64,000 nt of DNA, taken from the NCBI GenBank assembly GCA_049644325.1, contig JBARRR010000041.1, positions 11,929 through 75,928 on the forward strand, read 5' to 3'. Of the stretch, positions 1 to 10,775 are shown piece by piece. Positions within the stretch are counted from its first letter, which is position 1. Each line of letters opens with the position of its first letter. The translations under genes were made by a program, and so were the position numbers. This DNA is from Candidatus Dormiibacterota bacterium. GTDB lineage: Bacteria > Chloroflexota > Dormibacteria > DASZGP01. The notes beneath the pieces were generated by a model. That model saw only the letters and a list, made by a program, of their open reading frames with translations, made no database searches and was not told the origin of the DNA.

Positions 1-400
1 CACGGTGCAGTACCCGGAGGAGCTGCCGGTGATCAGCTCGCGGCATCGTGGTCGGCACATCCTCCACCGCTACGAGGACGGCTTGGAGAAGTGCGTCGGC
101 TGCGAGCTGTGCGCCGCCGCCTGCCCGGCAAAGTGCATCCTGGTGGTGGCCGAGGAGAACACCGACCAGAACCGCGTATCGCCAGGTGAGCGTTACGCCG
201 CCCGCTACGAGATCAACCTCGCGCGCTGCATCTTCTGCGGCTATTGCGAGGAGGCGTGCCCGGTTGGCGCCATCACCATGGGGCCCCGGTACGACATCTC
301 CGAGTACGACATCAACAAGCTGGTAATCAGCAAGGACGACCTCCTGGAGCGTCACCAGCAAGTGTCTTTGAGCACTGACTCCCTCGGGGGCGCCGGTTGA
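1..400 (+). CDS. nuoI: NADH-quinone oxidoreductase subunit I, 5'-truncated at the window edge
   Basis: Two 4Fe-4S ferredoxin motifs (CVGCELCAAACP, CIFCGYCEEACP). It sits upstream of nuoJKLMN. The N-terminus lies outside the window. Confidence 0.85.
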   Translation, partial: TVQYPEELPVISSRHRGRHILHRYEDGLEKCVGCELCAAACPAKCILVVAEENTDQNRVSPGERYAARYEINLARCIFCGYCEEACPVGAITMGPRYDISEYDINKLVISKDDLLERHQQVSLSTDSLGGAG

Positions 401-432
401 GCAGCCGCTGACGCCGGGCTGAGGGAGAGAGA

Positions 433-939
433 GTGCTGACCATCTTCTTCGCGGTCGTCGCCGCGCTCTCGGCCACGTCCGGGGTCGGCGTCGTTGTCAG
501 CCGCCGTCCGCTGTACGCCGCCCTCAGCCTGGTCCTCAACATGCTCTCGCTGGCCCTGCTCTTCCTCCTGCTCTCGGCGCAGTTCCTGGCCGCCGCCCAG
601 GTGATCGTCTATGCCGGCGCCGTGATGGTGCTGTTCGTCTTCGTCATCACGCTGCTCAACCCGGCGCGCGAGGACAGCCCCAGCCGGGAGCCGATCCAGG
701 TCGGCGTCGCCATCTTCCTGGGCGCCTCCTTCACTCTGCTGGCCTCGATCGCGTTCCTGGCCAGCAAGGCGCCGGGGCGGTTCCCCGACGAGGCCGCCGC
801 CACCGGGGGCGCCGCCCTGGGCAGCATCCAGGCGATCGGGCAGGCGCTGTTCAACGACTTCGCTTACCCGTTCGAGGTCACCTCGCTGGTGTTGGTGGTT
901 GCCGCGGTTGGGGCTGTGTACCTGTCGCGAGGTCGCTGA
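433..939 (+). CDS. nuoJ: NADH-quinone oxidoreductase subunit J
   Basis: Hydrophobic 168-aa membrane protein in the nuoI-nuoK position. Confidence 0.8.
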   Translation: MLTIFFAVVAALSATSGVGVVVSRRPLYAALSLVLNMLSLALLFLLLSAQFLAAAQVIVYAGAVMVLFVFVITLLNPAREDSPSREPIQVGVAIFLGASFTLLASIAFLASKAPGRFPDEAAATGGAALGSIQAIGQALFNDFAYPFEVTSLVLVVAAVGAVYLSRGR

Positions 940-1241
940 TGCCGCCGCTGGGGGCGTTCCTGCTCCTCTCCGCATTCCTCTTCGTGACCGGGGCGGTGGG
1001 CGTGCTGATCCGGCGCAACCCCCTGGTGGTCTTCATGTGCGTTGAGCTGATGCTGAACGCGGGCAACCTGGCGCTGGTCACCTTCTCCCGGTTCCACCAA
1101 TCGAGCGAGGGCCAGGTATTCGCCCTGGTCGTGATCGCGGTCGCGGCCAGCGAGGTGGTGGTCGGACTGGCGCTGATGGTGGCGATCTACAAGTCCGGCC
1201 GCCCGATGGACATCGACGACCTCAGCGAGATGCGGGGATGA
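939..1241 (+). CDS. nuoK: NADH-quinone oxidoreductase subunit K
   Basis: 100-aa three-TM protein carrying the 'CVELMLNAGNLALV' NuoK signature. It overlaps nuoJ by 1 nt and nuoL by 4 nt (translational coupling). Confidence 0.85.
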   Translation: MPPLGAFLLLSAFLFVTGAVGVLIRRNPLVVFMCVELMLNAGNLALVTFSRFHQSSEGQVFALVVIAVAASEVVVGLALMVAIYKSGRPMDIDDLSEMRG

Positions 1242-3169
1242 CGGTCGGCCAGCTGCTGGTCGTCGCCCTGCTGCTGCCCGTGGCGGGCTTTTTCATCAAC
1301 CGCCTGTACGGCCCGCGCAACCGGGGCACGGTCCAGATCGTGGGGCCGACCGCGGTGGGGCTGAGCTTCCTCCTCTTCCTGCTCGCGGCGCTGTTCTCGG
1401 GCGGTGGGGCAGGGGACCACCTGGTCTACCACTGGCTCACCGGTGCGGGCGGCTCGGCCGCCGGGGTTGCCGTGCCAACCGTCGACGTCAGCCTCTACCT
1501 CGACCCCCTGTCGGTGGTCATGACCCTGGTGGTCACCGGGGTGGGATGCCTGATCCACGTCTATGCCGTCGGCTACATGGACGAGGAGGGCGACGAGGAC
1601 TACGCCCGCTTCTTCGCCCATATGAACCTCTTCATCTTCTCGATGCTCCTGCTGGTCCTGGCCCGCAACTTTGTCCTGCTGACGATCGGATGGGCGCTGG
1701 TCGGTCTCAGCAGCTACCTGCTGATCGGCTTCTATCGCGGACGCCCGGCGGCGGTGGCAGCGGCTCGCAAGGCGTTCGTGATGAACGTGATCGGGGACGT
1801 CGGCATCGCCATCGCGTCCTTCATCGTCTTCCGGGCCACGGGCAGCCTGGACTTCAGCGCCTTCTTTGCGGCGCTGCCCGGCATCGACCAGGGCACGCTC
1901 GAGCTGATCGGCCTCTTCCTCCTGGTGGGCGCGGTCGCCAAGTCGGCCCAGGTGCCCCTCCACACGTGGCTCCCGGACGCGATGGAGGGCCCCACGCCGG
2001 TCTCGGCATTGATCCACGCCGCCACCATGGTCACCGCCGGGGTTTACCTCATCGCTCGCTTCCATCCTCTTTACTCCATCGCCACCAGTGCCGCCACCAC
2101 GGCGGCGATCATCGGCCTGGTGACGGCCTTAATGGCGGCGCTGGTGGCCTGCGTCCAGACCGATATCAAGCGGGTGCTGGCCTACTCCACGATGAGCCAG
2201 ATCGGGTACATGTTCTTTGCCGTCGCCGCCGGCGCGGAGAGCGCGGGGATCTTCCACCTCGTAACCCACGCCTTCTTCAAAGCCCTGCTCTTCCTCGCCG
2301 CGGGCAGCGTGATCCACGCGCTCCACGGCGAGCAGGACATGCGCCGGATGGGCGGCTTGTGGCGGAGGATGCCGGTGACCGGCGCCGTCTTCCTAGTCGG
2401 GGCGCTGGCCCTCGCCGGGGTGATTCCCTTGTCGGGGTCCTTCTCCAAGGACGAGATCATCGGCGCCGGGCTGATCACGGGGCCGGCCGCGCCGCTGGGT
2501 GGCATCGCCCTGGCGCTGGTGGCCGGCCTCACCGGCTACTACATGCTGCGAGCGTTCTGGCTGGTGTTCCTGGCCGAGCCCGCGGGGCAGGCGGTACCTC
2601 AGGGAGAAACGTCGCGGGCCACCGGCCCGCACGACCCCCCAAAGGTCATGGCGGTCCCGGTGCTGATCCTCTGCGTGCTGTCGGCAGTGGCGGGCCTGGT
2701 CATCCAGCCCGGCTTCTGGCACCTGCTCACCGACTACACGGCGGACGTCTTCGGCACCGGGCCTGATCCGTCCCTGGCGATCTCCGCGATCGCCGTCGTT
2801 TTCTCGCTGCTGGTCGTCCTGGTCGGCATCGGCATCGCCTACCAGAGGTTCGGGCGGCCGGAGGTCAGGGCATCCAGCGCCGCCGGTGTGCCGGACACGA
2901 CCTCGGTGCCGGTGCTGGGCCATGCCTTCTATTGGGATCGCGTCTACCAAGCCCTGGTTGTGGGACCGCTGTGGGTCGCCGGCAACACCCTCCTGCGGTT
3001 CTTCGAGCGCCGGGTGATCATCGGCGCCGTCGACGGGGTGGCGGACTTCGCCGCCGCCGCCGGGGCACAGGTCCGACGGTTGCAGAGCGGCTACTTGCGC
3101 GCGTACGCCATGATTTTCGCCGCGGCGGTGTTGGTGGCCCTGCTGGTGGCCGGGGTGGGGCTCCGGTGA
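1238..3169 (+). CDS. nuoL: NADH-quinone oxidoreductase subunit L
   Basis: 643-aa antiporter-like subunit with a long C-terminal amphipathic extension, in the operon position after nuoK. Confidence 0.9.
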   Translation: MTVGQLLVVALLLPVAGFFINRLYGPRNRGTVQIVGPTAVGLSFLLFLLAALFSGGGAGDHLVYHWLTGAGGSAAGVAVPTVDVSLYLDPLSVVMTLVVTGVGCLIHVYAVGYMDEEGDEDYARFFAHMNLFIFSMLLLVLARNFVLLTIGWALVGLSSYLLIGFYRGRPAAVAAARKAFVMNVIGDVGIAIASFIVFRATGSLDFSAFFAALPGIDQGTLELIGLFLLVGAVAKSAQVPLHTWLPDAMEGPTPVSALIHAATMVTAGVYLIARFHPLYSIATSAATTAAIIGLVTALMAALVACVQTDIKRVLAYSTMSQIGYMFFAVAAGAESAGIFHLVTHAFFKALLFLAAGSVIHALHGEQDMRRMGGLWRRMPVTGAVFLVGALALAGVIPLSGSFSKDEIIGAGLITGPAAPLGGIALALVAGLTGYYMLRAFWLVFLAEPAGQAVPQGETSRATGPHDPPKVMAVPVLILCVLSAVAGLVIQPGFWHLLTDYTADVFGTGPDPSLAISAIAVVFSLLVVLVGIGIAYQRFGRPEVRASSAAGVPDTTSVPVLGHAFYWDRVYQALVVGPLWVAGNTLLRFFERRVIIGAVDGVADFAAAAGAQVRRLQSGYLRAYAMIFAAAVLVALLVAGVGLR

Positions 3170-4647
3170 TCCTCCTCGTCGCGCTGCTGCTGCCGGCCCT
3201 GGCGGCGGTGATTCTGCCCCTGGTGCCCAGGGACCAGGCCCGCTCCCTGGCGATCGTGGCCGCCCTGCTGGAGCTGGTCGTCAGCCTGGTGGTGCTGCAG
3301 ACGGCCGCCACCGGTACCACCCTGCAGCTGACCCAGGCGTGGGCTCCCGAGGCCGGCCTCAACCTGCGCCTGGCGGCAGACGGCGTCTCGGCCAGCCTGC
3401 TGGCACTCAGCGCCCTGATCGGGTTCCTCGCCCTCCTCGCCACCCGCATCGAGCGAATAAACCGTCCGCGGGTCTTCGTAGCCCTGCTGCTGCTCATCGA
3501 GACCGGCACCGCGGGCGTCGTGCTGGCCCGCGACCTGGTCCTCTTCTACGTCTTCTGGGAGGCGGTGCTGGTGCCGTTCTTCATCCTGATTGCGATGTAC
3601 GGGGAGGGCCGCCGCCAGTACGCCGCCATCAAGCTGATGATCTACACCGGGGCCGGATCGCTGGCAATGCTGGTCGCCATCCTCGTCATCTTCACCGCCC
3701 ACGGCGCCGGCACCACCAGCTTCGCCCTCGACCAGCTGGCCCAAACGCCACTGACCAACAACAGCCTGGTCCTCGGTCTTGGCGCCGCGGACCTGGCCTT
3801 CCTCGGCTTCGCCCTGGCCTTCGCCATCAAGACCCCGCTCTTCCCGCTGCACGGCTGGCTCGCTGACGCCTACACGTCGGCGCCGACCCCGGTGGTCATG
3901 GTGCTGGCGGGAGTCGTGTCCAAGCTCGGACCCTACGGCTTCTACCGGGTCGCCATCCCGCTGCTGCCAGCCTCGGCCCAACGCTTCGGGCCGCTGCTAA
4001 TGACGCTGGCCGCGGTTGGCATCGTCTACGGCGCCCTGCTCGCCCTGCGCCAGGACGACGCCAAGCGAATGGTCTCCTACCTGAGCCTGAGCCACATGTG
4101 CTTCATCACGCTGGGGATCGTCGGGCTCACATCGGCGGGGATCGCCGGGGGGCTGCTCCAGATGATCAACCACGGCATCCTGATCAGCGCCCTTTTCTTC
4201 ATCGTGGGGCACTTTGAAGCCCGTCTCGGGACGCGCAGCCTTGGCGCGATGTCCGGACTTGCCCGCCATGCCCCGGCGCTGACGGCGGTCTTCCTGGTCG
4301 TCGCCCTGGCCACCCTCGGCCTGCCCGGCCTTAACGGCTTCGTCGGCGAGTACCTGATCATGCTGGGCACATACACACGTTCCTGGTGGCTGCTGCTGGT
4401 GGCCGCCAGCGGGGTGGTGCTGGCGGCCTGGTACACACTTCGCTTCTTCCAGGGGACGATGGCGGGGCGACCCAGCGCCGATGACACCGGGGAGGTTGCC
4501 GCCGCCGAGCTGTCGGCCGGCGACCTCTGGGTGCTGCTGCCGCTGGCCGCGCTGGCGGTATTGATCGGTGTCTACCCGGCCCCACTGGTGTCGGCCATCA
4601 ACGCCAGCGTGAGCGCCATCGCCGGTGCCCTGGGGGCGGGGGCATGA
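3166..4647 (+). CDS. nuoM: NADH-quinone oxidoreductase subunit M
   Basis: Antiporter-like membrane subunit. A GTG start at 3166 overlaps the nuoL stop (GTGA). The longer ORF from 2932 is an upstream frame extension inside nuoL. Confidence 0.85.
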   Translation: MILLVALLLPALAAVILPLVPRDQARSLAIVAALLELVVSLVVLQTAATGTTLQLTQAWAPEAGLNLRLAADGVSASLLALSALIGFLALLATRIERINRPRVFVALLLLIETGTAGVVLARDLVLFYVFWEAVLVPFFILIAMYGEGRRQYAAIKLMIYTGAGSLAMLVAILVIFTAHGAGTTSFALDQLAQTPLTNNSLVLGLGAADLAFLGFALAFAIKTPLFPLHGWLADAYTSAPTPVVMVLAGVVSKLGPYGFYRVAIPLLPASAQRFGPLLMTLAAVGIVYGALLALRQDDAKRMVSYLSLSHMCFITLGIVGLTSAGIAGGLLQMINHGILISALFFIVGHFEARLGTRSLGAMSGLARHAPALTAVFLVVALATLGLPGLNGFVGEYLIMLGTYTRSWWLLLVAASGVVLAAWYTLRFFQGTMAGRPSADDTGEVAAAELSAGDLWVLLPLAALAVLIGVYPAPLVSAINASVSAIAGALGAGA

Positions 4648-6092
4648 CCGCCACGGACTGGGGCCTGGTGGCCCAGGTCGCGGTGGGAGCCACCTTCCTC
4701 GTCCTTCTCCTGGCTGACGCCTTCATCCCCGACCACCGAAAGTCATACCTGGGGGCGATCACCGCCGCCGGCCTTCTCTTCGCCCTCGGAGCCGACCTGA
4801 CGGCCGCCAACCGCGGGCTCAACGCCCCCGGCGTCAACCACCTCTTCTTCCACGACACCATCGCCATTGACGGCTTCGCCATTTTCTTCCAGGTCGTCGT
4901 CATGGCCCTGGCGCTGATGGTGCTGGCGCTGGCGCCGAGCTACCTCCGCCGCCGGGGCATCCTCAAGGGCGAGTTCTACGTTCTCCTGGTGGCCGCACTG
5001 GCGGGAATGATGCTGATGGTCTCGGCCACCAACCTGATCACCATCTTCCTCGGCATCGAGCTGCTCTCCATCGCGCTCTACGTTCTCTCCGCGTTTCTCC
5101 GCCAGGCCGAGCCCTCGCAGGAGGCGGGGCTCAAGTACCTGCTGATCGGAGGCTTCGCCAGCGGCTTCCTGCTCTACGGCATGGCCCTGCTGTATGGCGG
5201 CACCGGGTCCACGTCCGTCACGCGGATCGCGACCGTGCTGCCCACCCTCAGCGGTGACCCCCTGCTGTTCAGCATGCTGGGCATCGCGCTGCTGCTGGTG
5301 GGGGTCGCCTTCAAATCCTCAGCGGCGCCCTTCCACACCTGGACCCCCGATGTCTACCAGGGCGCACCCACCCCGGTGGTGGCGTTCATGTCGGTGGGCA
5401 CCAAGGTGGCGGCGGTGGCCATTTTCCTACGCATCTTCGTCATCGACTTCGCCGCCACGTACTCGCGCTGGGTACTGCTGCTGGGTGCCGTGGCCGGCCT
5501 TTCGATGCTGGTGGGCGCCATCGGCGCCCTGCGCCAGGAGGACCTCAAGCGCATGCTGGCCTACTCCAGCGTGGCCCAGGCCGGCTACCTGCTCCTGGCG
5601 GTGGTCGCGGGCCCGGCGGGGATGACAGCCGGGCTGTTCTACCTCGCAGCCTATGGGGTGATGACGTTCGGCGCCTTTGGCGTGGTCAGCCTGGTCGCCG
5701 GCCGCGATTCCGACAATGCGCGGCTGGACAGCTTCCGGGGGCTCGGCTGGCGGCGGCCGGTCCTGGGTGGACTGCTGGCCCTGTTCATGCTCTCGCTGGC
5801 CAGCGTCCCACCCACGGTTGGTTTCATGGGCAAGCTCTTCGTCCTCGAAGCCACCATCCGGGTGGGCTACGCCCCGCTAGCGATCATCGCCATCATCTCC
5901 TCGGCGATCTCGCTCTACTACTACCTGCGCGTGGTGCTGGTCATCTACACGCCCGCCGAGGGCGACGAGGTGGCCCCGGCCAAGGACCCGTGGGGGACGG
6001 CGGCGATCGTGCTGGCGGGCTTCCTGACGCTGGTGCTGGGGATCTTCCCCGGCATCCTATACGGCCTGGCACAGAGGTCGAGCCTGCTCTAG
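4644..6092 (+). CDS. nuoN: NADH-quinone oxidoreductase subunit N
   Basis: 482-aa antiporter-like subunit that ends the nuo operon. It has a 4-nt overlap with nuoM. Confidence 0.85.
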   Translation: MTATDWGLVAQVAVGATFLVLLLADAFIPDHRKSYLGAITAAGLLFALGADLTAANRGLNAPGVNHLFFHDTIAIDGFAIFFQVVVMALALMVLALAPSYLRRRGILKGEFYVLLVAALAGMMLMVSATNLITIFLGIELLSIALYVLSAFLRQAEPSQEAGLKYLLIGGFASGFLLYGMALLYGGTGSTSVTRIATVLPTLSGDPLLFSMLGIALLLVGVAFKSSAAPFHTWTPDVYQGAPTPVVAFMSVGTKVAAVAIFLRIFVIDFAATYSRWVLLLGAVAGLSMLVGAIGALRQEDLKRMLAYSSVAQAGYLLLAVVAGPAGMTAGLFYLAAYGVMTFGAFGVVSLVAGRDSDNARLDSFRGLGWRRPVLGGLLALFMLSLASVPPTVGFMGKLFVLEATIRVGYAPLAIIAIISSAISLYYYLRVVLVIYTPAEGDEVAPAKDPWGTAAIVLAGFLTLVLGIFPGILYGLAQRSSLL

Positions 6093-7033
6093 GCCGCTCC
6101 CTGGGGCCTGCGTGGCCCTCGGGCACCCCGTCCGAACTGACGCGGCCCGATCACCGACTTTGGCTGCCGGCGCAGCCAAACGTGCAGCAGAACCAGAGCC
6201 CACATGCGGTACGGCCGCCACGACTCGGCGCGCTCCAAGACCTCCGCTCGGCTGGGGCGGTGGCCCATCGCGTAGGCCAGCTCCACCGCCCGCGGTGTGA
6301 GGTCGTCGTCGGTGATGAAGTCGGTCAGGCCGGCGCCGCGGCTGAGGATGCCCTGGGCGAAGAAGTCGCCCACTCCAGGAAGCGTCTTCAGGTAGGCCAG
6401 CGCGTCCGCCTCGGGCATCTCCAGCAGGTGCCGGCGCGCCAGGCCACCCTCGAGCGCCGCCTGCGCCACCGCATGGAGGCGCTCGATCTTGGGCCCGGCC
6501 ACGCCGACGAAAGAGTCGAGCTCAAGCAGTTTCGCAGGCGTGGGGAAGGCATGGAAGGTCTGGTCGCCGACGGCGATTCTGGCGCCGAGCTGCGCGGCCA
6601 TCTGGGCTCGGATCCTCCGTGTCTGAGCGATGGTGATGCGGTGCCCGATGAGGAAGGCGCAGGCGGCCTCGTAGGGCGAATGGAAGAGGACGGGCCTCAG
6701 GTTGCCGTGCTCAGCCCAGAGGCGGCCCACGACCGCGTCCCGCCTCGCCACCGCCTCGAACCCGCGGCCGTCGACGTCCAGCGACACCGTGGCCAGGGCC
6801 TGCTCCCAGGCGCGCTCGGCCTCCTTGCCCGCGCCGTGGACGATGCCATCGACGGTGCCGCCGTCCTGGCGCATCACCACCCCAGCCGAGGCCCGCCATC
6901 CCTCGATCGGGAATGCCATCACGACGTCGCCGGCTGAAGTGGTTGGCCAGCCGCCGAAGTATTCCTGCGCGATGGCGAGGCGGAAGGCCCCTGTGGGTTC
7001 GATCCCGAAGCTGGACGCTGGCGTGGGGCTCAC
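6089..7033 (-). CDS. alkA: DNA-3-methyladenine glycosylase II-like (HhH-GPD superfamily, AlkA-like)
   Basis: HhH motif 'LKTLPGVGDFFAQGIL' plus a Gly/Pro-rich loop and catalytic Asp region. An AlkA_N-like N-terminus is present. It is convergent with nuoN and overlaps it by 4 nt. Confidence 0.65.
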   Translation of the reverse strand: MSPTPASSFGIEPTGAFRLAIAQEYFGGWPTTSAGDVVMAFPIEGWRASAGVVMRQDGGTVDGIVHGAGKEAERAWEQALATVSLDVDGRGFEAVARRDAVVGRLWAEHGNLRPVLFHSPYEAACAFLIGHRITIAQTRRIRAQMAAQLGARIAVGDQTFHAFPTPAKLLELDSFVGVAGPKIERLHAVAQAALEGGLARRHLLEMPEADALAYLKTLPGVGDFFAQGILSRGAGLTDFITDDDLTPRAVELAYAMGHRPSRAEVLERAESWRPYRMWALVLLHVWLRRQPKSVIGPRQFGRGARGPRRPQGAA

Positions 7034-7080
7034 CTGGAAAACGTACGCGAGCGCCGCGACAGCATTATGTCGGGGTTTGG

Positions 7081-8091
<1,011 letters not shown>

Positions 8092-8151
8092 CTAAACTTG
8101 CGCGGGAACAAACGCCGAATTCGTCTAGACAGGGTGAGCCAAGGTTAGAAA

Positions 8152-8943
8152 GTGGCCGAAGCCATAAGCGCGCCTCCGGCGGAGACCAAGCCTCCCAGCC
8201 AGGTGACTAACGCTCCCTGGTGGGCGTACTCGGTGTTCTTCATGGGCATCCAGACGCTCTTCGGCATCTACGTGCTGCTCGTAGTGCTCTTCGACTTCCG
8301 TAATGCCACCGCCGACCCCTACCTGTCACCCTTCTTCTCGCCGCTGCTTCCCGCCGCCACCATCGGCGCGCTGGTGATCAGCCCCGGGATCTACATCGTC
8401 TGGTCACCCCTGCTGTTCCGAGCCAGCTGCTACTACTACCGCAAGGCCTACCACCGCGCCTTCTTCGCGCCTCCTGCGTGCGCCAAGCCGCCGCCCACGA
8501 TGCTGCAGCGGGTCAGGTACAAAGGCGAAGAGTCGTTGCCATGGGTGTTCAACAACCTGCACCGCTTCTTCCTATACACCGCGATCGTCAACGTCGCCTT
8601 CCTGCTGGCTGACTTCATCAATGCGTTCGTGGTCCACGAAGGCGCCAGCAAGGGCCACCTGATGATCGGGCTGGGGACATTGGTGCTGGGCGTCAACGTG
8701 CTGATGCTTTCGGCCTACACCTTCGGCTGCCACGCTTTCCGGCACCTGGCTGGCGGCAGCCTCGACTGCTACTCCTGCAGCTGGACGGCGCGGACCCGCC
8801 GCAGCCTTTGGCAGAAGGTCACCGCCCTCAACGAGCGCCACGGACTCTTCGCCCTGGTCAGCCTCTTCACGGTATGGGGCGCCGACGTCTACGTCCGGCT
8901 CTTCGTCCACGGCATCATCGCCGACCCCAGGATCATTTTCTGA
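8152..8943 (+). CDS. putative succinate dehydrogenase/fumarate reductase membrane anchor (five-TM, cytochrome b-like)
   Basis: 263-aa polytopic membrane protein with conserved His and Cys residues, located immediately upstream of sdhA. The arrangement is like mycobacterial Sdh1 (anchor-SdhA-SdhB). The function is inferred from context. Confidence 0.45.
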   Translation: MAEAISAPPAETKPPSQVTNAPWWAYSVFFMGIQTLFGIYVLLVVLFDFRNATADPYLSPFFSPLLPAATIGALVISPGIYIVWSPLLFRASCYYYRKAYHRAFFAPPACAKPPPTMLQRVRYKGEESLPWVFNNLHRFFLYTAIVNVAFLLADFINAFVVHEGASKGHLMIGLGTLVLGVNVLMLSAYTFGCHAFRHLAGGSLDCYSCSWTARTRRSLWQKVTALNERHGLFALVSLFTVWGADVYVRLFVHGIIADPRIIF

Positions 8944-8974
8944 CCTTGGCAGCCGCGGGCGGGAGGGCAGGCCG

Positions 8975-10750
8975 ATGACCCTCGACGAGCGCTACGAAAC
9001 CCACGACTACGACGTCATCGTCATCGGCGCCGGCGGTGCGGGGCTCCGGGCGTCGATCGCGGCTGCCCAGGCCGGCGTCAAGACCGCGGTGATTTGCAAG
9101 TCGCTGCTGGGCAAGGCCCACACCGTCATGGCCGAGGGCGGGGTCGCCGCGTCGCTGGGCAACGTCGACCCCGAGGACGGCTGGAAGGTCCACTTCTCCG
9201 ACACCATGAAAGGCGGCAAGGGGCTCAACAACTGGCGGATGGCGGAGATCTTCGCCAAGGAGGCGCCCGACCGGGTGCTGGAGCTGGAGCGGTGGGGCGC
9301 CATCTTCGACCGCACCCCCACAGGCAAGATCAACCAGCGGCCGTTCGGGGCCCATAGCTACAGGCGGCTGGCCCACATCGGCGACCGCACCGGCCTGGAG
9401 CTGATCCGTAGCCTCCAGGACAAGGGCATCCACTCGGGCATCGACGTCTTCATGGAGTACACCATGACCCGGCTAATCCAGGACGCCGACGGCCGCGTCG
9501 CGGGCATCTTCGGCTACCGCCGTGAGGACGGCCGCTTCGTCGTCTTCCGGGCCAAGGCTGTGGTCTTCGCCACCGGCGGGTGGGGCAAGGTCTTCAAGTT
9601 CACCAGCAACTCATGGGAGTCGACGGGTGACGGCCTGGCGATGGCCTTCGAGGCGGGCGCCGAGCTCATCGACCTCGAGTTCGTCCAGTTCCACCCAACG
9701 GGCATGATCTGGCCTCCGGGCGCGCGGGGGATCCTCGTCACCGAGGCGGTCCGGGGGGAGGGTGGACGGCTCAAGAACAGCGAGGGCCGGCGCTTCATGG
9801 AGGACTACGACCCCGACCGCATGGAGCTCAGCGCCCGGGACATCGTGGCCCGCTCGATCTACAAGGAGGTCGAAGCCGGTCGTGGCTCACCCCACGGCGG
9901 CGCCTTCCTCGACATCACCCACCGGGGTGCGGACTACATCAAGCGCAAGCTGCCCAGCATGCACGAACAGTTCCTCAAGCTCGCCGACGTCGACATCACC
10001 AAGGAGCCGATGGAGGTGGGGCCCACGATTCACTACGTCATGGGGGGCATCAAGGTCGACCCCGAAACAGCGGAGTCGACCACCGTCCCCGGGCTCTTCG
10101 CCGCCGGTGAGGTGGCGGGAGGTTTGCATGGGGCCAACCGCCTGGGCGGCAACTCGCTGTCCGACATCCTCGTCTTCGGCCGGCGATCGGGGGAGGGAGC
10201 CGCCGCCTACGCCAAGGAGCGAGGGGAGGGTGTGGTCGACGAGTCCGCCATCGAGGCGGAGCGCCGGCTGCTGCTGAAGCCCTTCGAGAACCACGAAGCC
10301 GGCAAGCGCGAGAACCCCTTCCAGTTCATGGCCGAGATCCAGGAGATCAACGGCGAGTACAACGGCCTGGCCCGCACCGGCGAAGGCCTGGAGACTGGGC
10401 TCAGGAAGCTACTCGAGCTGAAGCCGCGGCTCGAAGACCTCGCTGTTCCGGAGTCGGTGATGTTCAACCCCGGCTGGCACGCCTGCCGCGACCAACGCTT
10501 CATGCTGGAAATCACCGAGGCCATGATCCGCGCCGGGATCGACCGCACCGAGAGCCGTGGCTCGCACTGGCGCCTCGACCACCTCGACCTCGACCCCGAG
10601 TGGGGCAAGGTCAACATCGTCTGCACCCTCAAGGAGGGCGAGGTGCAGCTGGAGAAGCGGCCCGCGGAGCCTATGCCGCCGGAGCTCGCGGCCCTGATCG
10701 ACGACAAGCCGGCGGTGAGCCAGGCCGCTCTGCAGGCGACCCGGCAGTGA
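8975..10750 (+). CDS. sdhA: succinate dehydrogenase / fumarate reductase flavoprotein subunit
   Basis: FAD-binding 'VIVIGAGGAGLRA' and 'HYVMGGI' motifs, with the characteristic C-terminal domain. Confidence 0.9.
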   Translation: MTLDERYETHDYDVIVIGAGGAGLRASIAAAQAGVKTAVICKSLLGKAHTVMAEGGVAASLGNVDPEDGWKVHFSDTMKGGKGLNNWRMAEIFAKEAPDRVLELERWGAIFDRTPTGKINQRPFGAHSYRRLAHIGDRTGLELIRSLQDKGIHSGIDVFMEYTMTRLIQDADGRVAGIFGYRREDGRFVVFRAKAVVFATGGWGKVFKFTSNSWESTGDGLAMAFEAGAELIDLEFVQFHPTGMIWPPGARGILVTEAVRGEGGRLKNSEGRRFMEDYDPDRMELSARDIVARSIYKEVEAGRGSPHGGAFLDITHRGADYIKRKLPSMHEQFLKLADVDITKEPMEVGPTIHYVMGGIKVDPETAESTTVPGLFAAGEVAGGLHGANRLGGNSLSDILVFGRRSGEGAAAYAKERGEGVVDESAIEAERRLLLKPFENHEAGKRENPFQFMAEIQEINGEYNGLARTGEGLETGLRKLLELKPRLEDLAVPESVMFNPGWHACRDQRFMLEITEAMIRAGIDRTESRGSHWRLDHLDLDPEWGKVNIVCTLKEGEVQLEKRPAEPMPPELAALIDDKPAVSQAALQATRQ

Positions 10751-10775
10751 AGCGCACCTTCAGGGAGACCAGAGA

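Noticed and set aside
352-2065. Long minus-strand ORFs (352-975, 1187-2065) antisense to nuoJ/K/L
   Set aside because: They are Arg/Gly/Asp-rich low-complexity translations lying opposite genes with clear NADH dehydrogenase motifs. They are typical high-GC shadow ORFs.
2932-3165. Upstream extension of nuoM to a 571-aa ORF
   Set aside because: The extension lies inside nuoL in another frame and reads as a Gly/Arg-rich non-protein-like sequence. A GTG at 3166 overlapping the nuoL stop gives a normal-length NuoM.
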